IMG/VR virus record: IMGVR_UViG_3300049847_000465
Span: 1 to 28,244 of that record
Strand: one strand, 5' to 3'
DNA: 28,244 nt
DNA from: a virus
Taxonomy: Duplodnaviria; Caudoviricetes
Part shown: positions 1-8,285 of the stretch, piece after piece
Position numbering within the stretch: the first letter of the stretch is position 1
Layout of the letters: each line of letters opens with the position of its first letter
The notes under the pieces: generated by a model
The model's database searches: none
Seen by the model: the letters and a program-made list of their open reading frames with translations, nothing else
What the model was told of the DNA's origin: nothing
Program-made: the position numbers and the translations under genes

Positions 1-1
1 C

Positions 2-226
2 GCGCTGCTCTGGCTGTGGCGCAATACGGCGCACACCGTACGCAACTACTATGGTAAGTCTATTGCTAGTCGTGCCGATGCACGCCCCAGGCTAGAAAAG
101 AAGTTTGGCTTTATCAAGATCAAATGGGGTTACCAGGCCGTGTTCGCCTCACCCCCTGATGTTGATGGTCGCGCCCCCTTGCTCGAAGTCCCCGTCTTCA
201 CGATTCGTTTATCCACTCAGGAGTAA
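2..226 (+). CDS. 3' end of a hypothetical phage protein (partial, ...ALLWLWRNTAH...IRLSTQE*)
   Basis: Frame is open from position 2 to TAA at 224-226. It is absent from the ORF track because its start lies outside the window, and its end overlaps the next gene's RBS. Confidence 0.6.
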   Translation, partial: ALLWLWRNTAHTVRNYYGKSIASRADARPRLEKKFGFIKIKWGYQAVFASPPDVDGRAPLLEVPVFTIRLSTQE

Positions 227-233
227 TCACATC

Positions 234-758
234 ATGCTATTGAACCTCAAACGCTGGTCTCTCAACACCTTCGCTGTTATCACGCTTGCACTAGCAGCGC
301 TGCTGCCGCAGCTCTCGCATGCGCAGGCCTTCACAGACTTTGCAGAAAACAAGGTAGTCGATGCCGTCATGCGCGGCCAAGCAATAGGCACACCCGCCAA
401 CTGGTTCATTGGACTGGATACGGTTGCTTGTACCGATGCCGGTGGTGGCACTGAAGTCACTGGTAATGCCTATGCCCGCGTCTCGGTGGCTGCATCGCTC
501 ACGGCTTGGGCAGGTACACAGTCGGCAGGCTCTACCATTGCTTCATCGGGCACGGGCGGCGTGACCAGCAATAACGCAGTCATCAGTTTCCCTACGCCCA
601 CGCCTGCGGGCTGGGGTACGGTCGTGAGTATGCGCATCTGGGATGCCACCACGGCAGGCAATGCCTGGTTCTGCATCACGCTTACTACCAGCAAGACGAT
701 CAACCCTGGCGATACCGTGAGCTTTGCAGCGGGCGCTCTCACGCTGACAGTGCAGTGA
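234..758 (+). CDS. Fibre bead-type structural protein (FTDFAENKVVD...YARVSV...SNNAVISFP...GWGTV family) with N-terminal signal-peptide-like extension
   Basis: ATG 234 is preceded by AGGAG (219-223), a better start than TTG 105. The small Thr/Ala/Gly-rich beta protein matches a widespread phage fibre subunit family by recalled motifs. Confidence 0.75.
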   Translation: MLLNLKRWSLNTFAVITLALAALLPQLSHAQAFTDFAENKVVDAVMRGQAIGTPANWFIGLDTVACTDAGGGTEVTGNAYARVSVAASLTAWAGTQSAGSTIASSGTGGVTSNNAVISFPTPTPAGWGTVVSMRIWDATTAGNAWFCITLTTSKTINPGDTVSFAAGALTLTVQ

Positions 759-798
759 GTTTTTGCATAGCCTCTAACTAGATTTCACAAGGTAAGAC

Positions 799-1611
799 AT
801 GGCGATCATCACCCTGGACGGTGCCTTGGCGGGCATGCAGCCCCCCAAGTACTTCACCAAGACGGTCACACCCGCTTTGGTAGCCGGGCGTCCGCACTCG
901 CTTTGGTCTTTGGCGGGTGCGCCTGGCCCTGGTGCATTTGATACAACGCTCAATGGCGTTGTGCTATCCAGCTCTGCAGGTCAAGTGGCAGGGCAGTTGT
1001 CTCACACCGATCCAGCAACGGCCAATGCCTATCTAGCCCGGCTGCAAGCGATGGCTAGTCAGCCCGGCTCCCTTTTGTTATGTGATCGACTGTGGCACAA
1101 CGGGGGTCTGATCATCACGCAGACTACGGCGCAGTCAATAGTCTCACCTGCATTTCCAGCACGCGACAACGCAGGCACGGTAAACGGTGATGGTGTCTTA
1201 TTGGGCGTAGAAGTATCGGCTGCTACGGGTGCGGGTGCACCGATATTGCTTACAAGCTACACAAATCAGGCCGGTGTCGCAGCGCGCTCAGGCTCTAACG
1301 TAGACACAGCCGTCGCAAACTCAGCGATTGGTGCGTTTTACCGTATCGGCTTGCAGGCGGGTGATACGGGAGTACGTTCCGTGCAGTCGCTGACGCTCTC
1401 GGCTACTTGGACGTCTGGCACGATCAATCTGGTGGCCTATCGAGTCCTCGCATCGCTGGAGCTGACCGGATCAAATGTACCCAATGCGATTGATGCTTTA
1501 ACCTCGGGCTTCCCGCGTCTTTTCAACGGCATCGTGCCATTTCTGATTTTCATCCCTAGCACCACTACCGCGGCAAGCATCTCCGGTCAGTTGGTGGAAT
1601 CGCAAGGCTAA
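799..1611 (+). CDS. Hypothetical virion protein, possibly the fibre tip
   Basis: 270-aa ORF with AAGGT upstream, beta-rich composition (LLLCDRLWH, DTGVRSVQS), located inside the fibre cassette. Confidence 0.6.
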   Translation: MAIITLDGALAGMQPPKYFTKTVTPALVAGRPHSLWSLAGAPGPGAFDTTLNGVVLSSSAGQVAGQLSHTDPATANAYLARLQAMASQPGSLLLCDRLWHNGGLIITQTTAQSIVSPAFPARDNAGTVNGDGVLLGVEVSAATGAGAPILLTSYTNQAGVAARSGSNVDTAVANSAIGAFYRIGLQAGDTGVRSVQSLTLSATWTSGTINLVAYRVLASLELTGSNVPNAIDALTSGFPRLFNGIVPFLIFIPSTTTAASISGQLVESQG

Positions 1612-1612
1612 C

Positions 1613-3133
1613 ATGCCGATCTCGGGAAAGGGTAGAAATAACCTCACGGGCGGCGCTTGGGCCTGGCGCTGGAAAAATTTCAGAGACGGCGATCTCACCT
1701 TACTGCGTAAAGCGCAGCAGTACGGAAACTTGGATGCTGCTTATGGCTTGATGTGGGGTGACTGGTTCTGGCCGACTGCAAGCGCGGGTGTACAGGCTCT
1801 ATCTGCAGCAGGCGTGCTCTCTGCCAGTGCAGCCTCTACGCTGACACTGGTGAAGCTGCTGCAGGCGGCTGGCATCGCGGGCGCTACGGGTAATGCCACA
1901 CTGAGTGCAAACGGTAATCAGACGCTGGTTGCAGCAGGCGTTGCAGCTGCAACAGGCGCAGCAGCCTTAGCCAATGGGGTCAATCTCCTATCGGCTGCCA
2001 TCGTCGGCACAGTAGGCAACAGTACGCTCTCGCAGGCTATCCCTCTCAGTGCTGCCGCGATCGCGCAGGCTCAGGGTGTGGGCCAGCTGAATCTTGCCGT
2101 TGCCCTCAATGCACAAGCGGTTGCGGGTGCCTTGATGACGGCGTCGCTGACTTCGCAAGCAACACTGCTTGCCGCAGGACAGGCAGGTGTGTTGGGCGCT
2201 GCCAGTTTGAATCAGTCCGTACCGCTAGCAGCTGCCGCCAATGAAGGCGCGGCAGGTGCAGCGGCTTTGAACTTGACGATTGGCCTGAATGCTGCCGCCA
2301 ACGTCGGCGTGATCGCGCAAGCCGCCGCTGCATTGGGTGTGCCGCTGCAGGCGGCAGGTATCGCTGGTGCACAAGGTGCAGCTACGCTCACTGTACTCGG
2401 TGGTGCCTCATTACAAGCCGCAGGCAATGCAGCTGCCTTGGGCAGTGCCGCACTGTCGCTGCAGCTCGTGCTGCAGGCATCAGGCGCTGCGGGCGGTAAT
2501 GGTGCAGGCCTTGTCACAGTCAACATACCGCTGAATGCTGCAGCGATTACGGCAGCCATAGGTGCAGCGCAGCTCACTACTGTCAAGCCGCTCACAGCGG
2601 CAGGCATCGCAGGTGTGCAGGGCTCGGCACTTATCACCGAGCAAGTACCTCTGAATGCGAATGCCTTGGCGGGTGCCAACGGCGCGGCAGCGCTCTCGCA
2701 ACTGACGGGGCTGCAGGCTGCAGGTGTGGGCAGTGCCTTGGGCACAGCAGCCCTCAATGCCACACTCATCCAGTTGCAGGCGGCAGGCCTGGCCAGTGCG
2801 CAAGCGCAAGCGCAGCTTTCGCTAGTCGAGCAGCTCATCGCCAATGCACTGACAGGTGCCAATGCATCCGGTGCCATGAATATCGGCATTACCCTCAGCG
2901 CTGCTGGTCAAGCGCGAGCGCTGGGCGCAGGTGCGCTGTTCTTGAGCGTCACGCTAGCAGCGCAAGGTGTTGCAGGCATGCAGGCCATTGCGACACTCGG
3001 TAGCAACAGCCCCATTCTGAACAGCAACCCTTCGCGCAAGGCACTGCGCCCTGCGCGTACCTGGCTGGCACAGCGCAGCAACAGTGCCTATGCCGTAGCG
3101 CGTAACGATGCGAAATACAGGGCAGCCGCATGA
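1613..3133 (+). CDS. Ala/Gly-rich ~20-aa repeat protein, putative fibre rope/scaffold
   Basis: 506 aa with a Trp-rich N-terminus, about 20 imperfect repeats of xxLxAAGxAxAxGxAxLxxx and a basic C-terminus. It starts 1 nt after the upstream stop and overlaps the next gene by ATGA. Confidence 0.7.
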   Translation: MPISGKGRNNLTGGAWAWRWKNFRDGDLTLLRKAQQYGNLDAAYGLMWGDWFWPTASAGVQALSAAGVLSASAASTLTLVKLLQAAGIAGATGNATLSANGNQTLVAAGVAAATGAAALANGVNLLSAAIVGTVGNSTLSQAIPLSAAAIAQAQGVGQLNLAVALNAQAVAGALMTASLTSQATLLAAGQAGVLGAASLNQSVPLAAAANEGAAGAAALNLTIGLNAAANVGVIAQAAAALGVPLQAAGIAGAQGAATLTVLGGASLQAAGNAAALGSAALSLQLVLQASGAAGGNGAGLVTVNIPLNAAAITAAIGAAQLTTVKPLTAAGIAGVQGSALITEQVPLNANALAGANGAAALSQLTGLQAAGVGSALGTAALNATLIQLQAAGLASAQAQAQLSLVEQLIANALTGANASGAMNIGITLSAAGQARALGAGALFLSVTLAAQGVAGMQAIATLGSNSPILNSNPSRKALRPARTWLAQRSNSAYAVARNDAKYRAAA

Positions 3134-3438
3134 CGATCACCACACGATGGAATGCCAAAGACCCGATAGAGCAAGACGTAGCGCAATTCACCTTTGCGCT
3201 AGGTGCGGGTGAAACCTTATCCAATGCCACGGTACAGGTCACGGTATTGGCAGGCACGGATGCTACGCCTGCCAATGTGCTCAATGGCGCAGTCACGCTC
3301 AGTAGCGTGCAGGGCATTGTCTATCAACCCTTCAAGGGTGGCTTAGACGGTGTGATCTACAAGATGAAATGCATCGCGACCACCAGTGCAGGCCGAGTGC
3401 TTGCCGTGGCGGGCGAGTTGCCAGTGAAGGAGTATTGA
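3130..3438 (+). CDS. Putative fibre-to-virion adaptor protein
   Basis: 102 aa with KDPxE...F...L..GETL...GG.DGV.Y...C..TTS.GR pattern, characteristic of small phage fibre adaptor proteins. ATGA overlap with the upstream gene. Confidence 0.7.
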   Translation: MTITTRWNAKDPIEQDVAQFTFALGAGETLSNATVQVTVLAGTDATPANVLNGAVTLSSVQGIVYQPFKGGLDGVIYKMKCIATTSAGRVLAVAGELPVKEY

Positions 3439-3440
3439 GT

Positions 3441-3662
3441 GTGGCGGACTGGATCGACATCAGTGTTGCGCAGCAAGAAAAGACCTTACAGGCAACGCTC
3501 GACACTCGCCAGCGTCTTGCGGGCGCAAGCTCCATGCATTGCGTATCGCTGGACTGCGGGGAACCCATCCCCGCTGCACGTCGTCGCGCACTGCCCGGTG
3601 TGCAGCACTGTATCGATTGCGCCGCGCGGCTTGAGAAACAACAGGCATTGAAGAGGAAGTAA
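3441..3662 (+). CDS. TraR/DksA C4-type zinc finger protein
   Basis: GTG start at 3441 after AAGGAG. Sequence MADWID...CVSLDCGEPIPAARRRALPGVQHCIDC. Confidence 0.9.
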   Translation: MADWIDISVAQQEKTLQATLDTRQRLAGASSMHCVSLDCGEPIPAARRRALPGVQHCIDCAARLEKQQALKRK

Positions 3663-4025
3663 ATGGGTAACTGGAATATCGATAGCAAGCTGATCTGGGA
3701 CGTACTGCAGACGATGGGCCTCCTAGCTGTCGCTTTTTTCCAATGGGTCAAGCGCGGTGACAAGGCCAATTCGGATCAGGTCATGCAGCTCGAAACGGAG
3801 GTCAACAAGAAGATGGAAAGCTTGGAAGAAAAGACCGAGAACATCGACGCCTCGGTACGCCTGCTGGAAGAGCGCATGGCGCACCTGCCCAGCAATGAAG
3901 AAGTGTCCATGATTCGACAGGAGGTCGCGGTACTCAATACCAAGCTGGACGGCGTAGGCAGCCATGTAGAGCAGACGCGCCACGCCCTGAACCGAATCGA
4001 AAACTGGCTTATCAACAATAAGTGA
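3663..4025 (+). CDS. Mu gp25-like (DUF2730-like) membrane-anchored coiled-coil protein
   Basis: N-terminal hydrophobic helix, coiled coil, LEERMAHLPS motif, terminal RIENWL, and position before the gp26/27-like genes. Confidence 0.8.
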   Translation: MGNWNIDSKLIWDVLQTMGLLAVAFFQWVKRGDKANSDQVMQLETEVNKKMESLEEKTENIDASVRLLEERMAHLPSNEEVSMIRQEVAVLNTKLDGVGSHVEQTRHALNRIENWLINNK

Positions 4026-4029
4026 TGCG

Positions 4030-4332
4030 ATGAAAACCTTTGAGCAACACCTGACGGAAGAGCGACGCCTGCTCATCTTGCGCGCGCTGCGAGCGGCGGC
4101 AGGCTTCATGCTCAACCACATCTCGCTACGCACCTTTTGCGAAAGCATGGGCTTCACGGTGAGCCTGGATAAAGTGCTGAGTGATATCGCATGGCTGCAT
4201 GAGCAAGAGCTGCTGCAGTCCAGTGAGACCGCAGGCGTCACGATCGCCAAGATCACCTCGCGCGGCTCCGATGTCGCGCGCGGCACTGTGCGTCACCCCG
4301 GCGTCAAGCTGCCCGAACCTGGCATGGAGTGA
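4030..4332 (+). CDS. Mu gp26-like winged-helix protein
   Basis: EERRLLILRAL...IAWLHEQELL...ITSRGSDVARG...PGVKLP motif, directly upstream of the small terminase. Confidence 0.85.
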   Translation: MKTFEQHLTEERRLLILRALRAAAGFMLNHISLRTFCESMGFTVSLDKVLSDIAWLHEQELLQSSETAGVTIAKITSRGSDVARGTVRHPGVKLPEPGME

Positions 4333-4337
4333 TCACT

Positions 4338-4883
4338 ATGCCAAGACAATCCCCCCTTAAAAAACTGCCTGCCGAACTCAAATCATGGCTGGACCATGAG
4401 CTGGTGCGACGCGGCTTCAGTGACTACACCGAGCTGGCCAAGGCACTCAACGAACAGGGTGTAGAGACCAGCAAGAGCGGACTGCATCGCTACGGCTCCA
4501 AGCTGGAAAAGAAACTCAGCGCCGTCCGCGATAGCACAGAGGCAGCACGTCAGATTGCCGAGGTAGCTGGTGATGATGCTGATCTGCGCAGCGAAGCCGT
4601 GATGAGCATGATCCAGAGCGACACCTTCAATATCCTGGTGGACATACAGGACTTGACCGATGAAGAGATGGACAAGGTAGACCGTCTCAAGCTCAATGCC
4701 AAGGTCGCTAAGTCCATCGCGGAACTCTCGCGTGCCCGCGTGAATCAGGCCAAGTGGAAATCCGTCGTGATGACGCGGGCTCAAGAGGCTGCAGACAAGG
4801 TGGCCAAGCTGGTGACCAAGGGTGGTATGACCAAGCAGACCGAAGAGCAGATACGTCGCGCCATATTGGGGATCGCGACGTGA
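4338..4883 (+). CDS. terS: Terminase small subunit, Mu gp27/DUF3486-like
   Basis: MPRQSPLKKLP...GFSDY..L...L...G...SKSGLHRYG and C-terminal IRRAILGI. ATG 4338 follows GGAG; GTG 4329 is an alternative start. Confidence 0.85.
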   Translation: MPRQSPLKKLPAELKSWLDHELVRRGFSDYTELAKALNEQGVETSKSGLHRYGSKLEKKLSAVRDSTEAARQIAEVAGDDADLRSEAVMSMIQSDTFNILVDIQDLTDEEMDKVDRLKLNAKVAKSIAELSRARVNQAKWKSVVMTRAQEAADKVAKLVTKGGMTKQTEEQIRRAILGIAT

Positions 4884-6472
4884 GCAAGCTCATCACTGAT
4901 CTCCCCGACGCCGCCGATGCCCCTCCGGTGGCGTTGCTGCCTTATCAGCAGCGCTGGGTGGCTGACCAGGCATTGCTGAAGATTGGCGAGAAGGGCCGTC
5001 GCATCGGCCTGACCTGGGCAGAGGCCTCTGATGCCGTCCTCAGCGCAGCGCGTGAAGATGGCTCCAACTACTTCTATATCAGTGCCACCCAGGACATGGC
5101 GCGTGAATTCGTCGAAGCCTGTGTGATGTGGACTAAGGCTTTCGATACGGCAGCCAGTGCGATAAGCGAGGGCATCTATGACGATGGTCAGACCTCCAAT
5201 GGTGCACGTCAATTCATCAAGACTTACGAAATCGTATTTCCCAAATCAGGCCGTCGCATTACCGCTCTGAGCAGTCGCCCCAAGAACCTGCGCGGCAAGC
5301 AAGGCACCATTGGTATCGACGAAGCAGCCTTCCATGACAACCTCGGCGAGCTGATCAAGGCAGCACTGGCGATGTTGATGTGGGGCGACAAGGTGCGTAT
5401 CTGGAGTACGCACGATGGGGTTGAAAATGCCTTCAATGAGTTGATAGAGCAGGTGCGTGCTGGCAAGCGCGGTGAAGGCGCAACCGTGCATCGCATCACC
5501 TTTATGGATGCTGTGCAGCAGGGCCTGTACAAGCGCATCTGCCTTCGCAAAGGCCTCGCCTGGTCGCAGGCAGCTGAAGATGCCTGGGTGAAGTCGGTCT
5601 ATGGTTTCTATGGCGACGGCGCAGCTGAAGAGCTGGATGTCGTGCCCTCGCAATCCTCGGGCGCCTATCTGCCGCTCACATTGATTGAGAAGGCTATGAG
5701 CCCCGACACGCCACTGGTGCGCAGCAAGTGGGACACCAGCTTTGCCGAGCAACGCCCCGAGATACGCAGGCTGGCAGTAGAGGGCTGGTTGCGTGAGGAG
5801 GTCACGCCGCACCTCAAAGCCTTGCATCGCGACCGTCGTCACTTGTTCGGTGAAGACTTCGGCCGACTTCATGACTTGACGGTGATCACGGTGCTGGAGG
5901 AAGGCCTGGATCTTGTGCGGCGCGTGCGCCTCGTGGTGGAGCTGGCCAACTGCCCCTTTGATCAGCAAGAGCAGATCATGTTTCATATCGTTGATGCCTT
6001 GCCCCGCTTTCGGGGTGGTGCAATGGACGCAGGTGGTAACGGCGCATCACTGGCTGAGAAGACAGCGCAGCGCTATGGCGGCACGATGATTGAGCAGGTC
6101 AAGCTCAACGATCCCTTTTATCTACAGCACATGCCGCACATGAAGGCAGCACTGGAAGACGGCACCTTGAAAGAGATACCGCGTGATGAGCTGCTGCGTG
6201 ATGACCTGCGCGCGCTGCAACGCATTGATGGCACGCCCAAGCTGCCCAAGGCCAAGACCAATCGCAAAGATCGCGCAGGCGATGGTGGGCCCACGCAAAC
6301 CCGTCACGGTGACTTTGCCATCTCGCTGTTCATGGCGCATTACGCCAGCCGACGTGAGACCGGCGAGATTGACTGGATGCCAGCGCCTGATCGCCGCGCC
6401 GCTTTTGAAGGTCGCGATTCGGGCAATGACGACGATTTTGATTCGGGTTTGAGCAAACGGGGGGCTTGGTAA
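4880..6472 (+). CDS. terL: Terminase large subunit, Mu gp28-like
   Basis: LLPYQQRW adenine-binding motif, KGRRIGLTW Walker A variant, IGIDEAAFH Walker B, and nuclease motifs GEDFGR..D and HGDFA. GTG start overlaps the terS stop (GTGA). Confidence 0.95.
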   Translation: MSKLITDLPDAADAPPVALLPYQQRWVADQALLKIGEKGRRIGLTWAEASDAVLSAAREDGSNYFYISATQDMAREFVEACVMWTKAFDTAASAISEGIYDDGQTSNGARQFIKTYEIVFPKSGRRITALSSRPKNLRGKQGTIGIDEAAFHDNLGELIKAALAMLMWGDKVRIWSTHDGVENAFNELIEQVRAGKRGEGATVHRITFMDAVQQGLYKRICLRKGLAWSQAAEDAWVKSVYGFYGDGAAEELDVVPSQSSGAYLPLTLIEKAMSPDTPLVRSKWDTSFAEQRPEIRRLAVEGWLREEVTPHLKALHRDRRHLFGEDFGRLHDLTVITVLEEGLDLVRRVRLVVELANCPFDQQEQIMFHIVDALPRFRGGAMDAGGNGASLAEKTAQRYGGTMIEQVKLNDPFYLQHMPHMKAALEDGTLKEIPRDELLRDDLRALQRIDGTPKLPKAKTNRKDRAGDGGPTQTRHGDFAISLFMAHYASRRETGEIDWMPAPDRRAAFEGRDSGNDDDFDSGLSKRGAW

Positions 6473-6493
6473 ATGCAATGCAAGCCTAAACCC

Positions 6494-6523
6494 TTCGCCA
6501 ATTCTCGCCAATCTTCACCAATT
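6494..6523. repeat. Three tandem imperfect 10-bp repeats (TTCGCCAATT / CTCGCCAATC / TTCACCAATT)
   Basis: Read directly in the terL-portal intergenic region. Confidence 0.8.
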
Positions 6524-6570
6524 CAACGATCGGGGGGCGGTTGGTACCTTCGTATAGGTCAACCCTTCCA

Positions 6571-6593
6571 AGGCCTCCTAGGGCCTGTTTTTT
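6571..6593 (+). terminator. Possible weak intrinsic terminator or attenuator
   Basis: AGGCCT-CCTA-GGGCCT stem-loop followed by GTTTTTT, just upstream of the portal RBS. Confidence 0.3.
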
Positions 6594-6608
6594 CAAAGGA
6601 CTGACATC

Positions 6609-8285
6609 ATGGCGACGCTTGTAGATCAATTCGGTCAGCCCATCACGGCCTCTACTGTCACGGCTGAGCCCCAAACAGCGCAACTGGGCTGGCTGTATCA
6701 GGAGATCGGCTCACATCCTGCGCGCGGCCTCACGCCTTCCGGCCTCAACGCCTTGCTCAAGCGCGCGGACTATGGCGACATGGTGGCGCAGATGCAGCTA
6801 TTTGAAGACATGGAAGAGCGTGACGCGCATATCTACGCCGAGATGATGAAGCGCCGTAGTGCCATCATCAATCACGACTGGAGCATCCAGCCGCCGCACG
6901 ATGCAACCCCCGAAGAGCAGGCCAATGCCGAACGCATTGAAGCCATGATCATGAGCATCCCGCAGTTTGAAGATGTGATGCTGGAGATGATGAGCGCTGT
7001 CGGCACTGGCTTTGCCTGTTTGGAATACGAACGCTGGGCGCTGTTGGACATTGGCGGCAAGGCATGGATACCGCAAAGCATCTGCCTGCGTCCGCACAGC
7101 TGGTTCATGATGGACTGGCAAACCCGCATGCACCTGCACCTGCGCAACAATACCTCGCAAGGTGAAGAGCTGCGCCCCTTCGGATGGATACGTCATGAGC
7201 ACAAGGCCAAGAGCGGCTATCTGGCCAAGAGTGGCCTGTACCGTGTGCTGGCCTGGCCGTATCTGTTCAAGAATTATTCAGTGCGTGACTTGGCTGAGTT
7301 CCTTGAAATTTACGGTCTGCCTTTGCGTGTAGGCCGCTATCCCAGCGGTGCGACGGATAAGGAAAAGCAGACGCTGCTGCAAGCGGTCGTGGGCATTGGC
7401 CACAATGCCGCAGGCATCATCCCTATGGGTATGGAGCTGGACTTCCAGGAGGCCGCCAAAGGCACCGAGGTGCCTTTCAAGGCCATGATTGAGCACATGG
7501 AGCGTTCGCAGAGCAAGGCCATCTTAGGTCAAACGCTTAGCTCGCAAGAAAGCAGCCGAGGCACGCAGGCGCTAGGCGCTATTCATCGCGAAGTGCAGCT
7601 GGATATTCAGGCGGGCGATGCACGCCAGATCGCCAGCACCTTGACGCGCGATCTGATCTATCCCCTGCACGTACTCAACATCGGCCCGGTGGACATGCAC
7701 CGTCTGCCGCGCTTGCAGTTCGATGTCGTTGAAGCAGAAGACGTGAGCATGTATGCCGACAGCTATCCCAAGCTCGCCGCTGCCGGTGTGCAGATACCCG
7801 TTCGCTACATCGCCGAGAAGCTGCGCATCCCTGAGCCGGAAGATGGTGAAGAGGTACTCAAGGGGCCAGCCCCTGCCGCTGCAGGCAACATGGGCAATGC
7901 CAATAATCCAGTCGCGGGTGACAAGCCTGCAGCTGGTGGTAAGCCCGCTGCGACAGGGGCCGAGGGCAGCGATAACGCCGCGCTCAGTGCCCAGTCACAC
8001 CAGTCACACAAGGGCCCACGCGATGCGATTGATGATCTGATTGACGCAGCCATGAAAGATTGGCAAGTCAATGTCGCTGAGCCCACGGCAGGCGTTGTGC
8101 TCACCGCCTTGGCCAAGGCGGTAGACAAGGGCATGACACCTCAGCAGTTCCGCGCCTTGCTGCCTGAGCTGCTAGCGCATGTACCGCTGGAGCCGCTCAC
8201 TGATCGCCTCGCCAAGATGGGCTTTGTGGTGAACATGGCGGGCCAGGCGGGTATGCAGCTGGATGATCGCAAGCTGGGGCTGTAA
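6609..8285 (+). CDS. Portal protein, Mu gp29/DUF935-like
   Basis: HPARGLTP, LFEDMEERDAHI, WPYLFKNYSVRDLAEFLEIYGLPLRVGRYP and SKAILGQTL motifs. Confidence 0.95.
   Translation: MATLVDQFGQPITASTVTAEPQTAQLGWLYQEIGSHPARGLTPSGLNALLKRADYGDMVAQMQLFEDMEERDAHIYAEMMKRRSAIINHDWSIQPPHDATPEEQANAERIEAMIMSIPQFEDVMLEMMSAVGTGFACLEYERWALLDIGGKAWIPQSICLRPHSWFMMDWQTRMHLHLRNNTSQGEELRPFGWIRHEHKAKSGYLAKSGLYRVLAWPYLFKNYSVRDLAEFLEIYGLPLRVGRYPSGATDKEKQTLLQAVVGIGHNAAGIIPMGMELDFQEAAKGTEVPFKAMIEHMERSQSKAILGQTLSSQESSRGTQALGAIHREVQLDIQAGDARQIASTLTRDLIYPLHVLNIGPVDMHRLPRLQFDVVEAEDVSMYADSYPKLAAAGVQIPVRYIAEKLRIPEPEDGEEVLKGPAPAAAGNMGNANNPVAGDKPAAGGKPAATGAEGSDNAALSAQSHQSHKGPRDAIDDLIDAAMKDWQVNVAEPTAGVVLTALAKAVDKGMTPQQFRALLPELLAHVPLEPLTDRLAKMGFVVNMAGQAGMQLDDRKLGL

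Noticed and set aside
105-233. TTG start and 43-aa N-terminal extension given by the ORF track
   Set aside because: It overlaps the upstream gene ending at 226 and has no RBS; ATG 234 has AGGAG.
4754-4879. Upstream extension of terL in the ORF track
   Set aside because: It lies inside terS; GTG 4880 overlapping the terS stop gives the expected N-terminus.
2212-6511. Long minus-strand ORFs (e.g. 2212-2889, 3723-4286, 5246-5986)
   Set aside because: Antisense shadows of GC-rich + strand genes with no recognisable motifs; the same applies to other minus-strand ORFs such as 22276-22965.
6494-6523. Short repeats considered as a CRISPR or mini-array
   Set aside because: The 10-bp units are directly adjacent with no spacers; no CRISPR array is seen anywhere in the window.
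7860-8010. Low-complexity stretch and short repeats in the portal gene (KPAA x2, CAGTCACAC x2)
   Set aside because: Variable linker usual at this position in Mu-type portals; no intein motifs.
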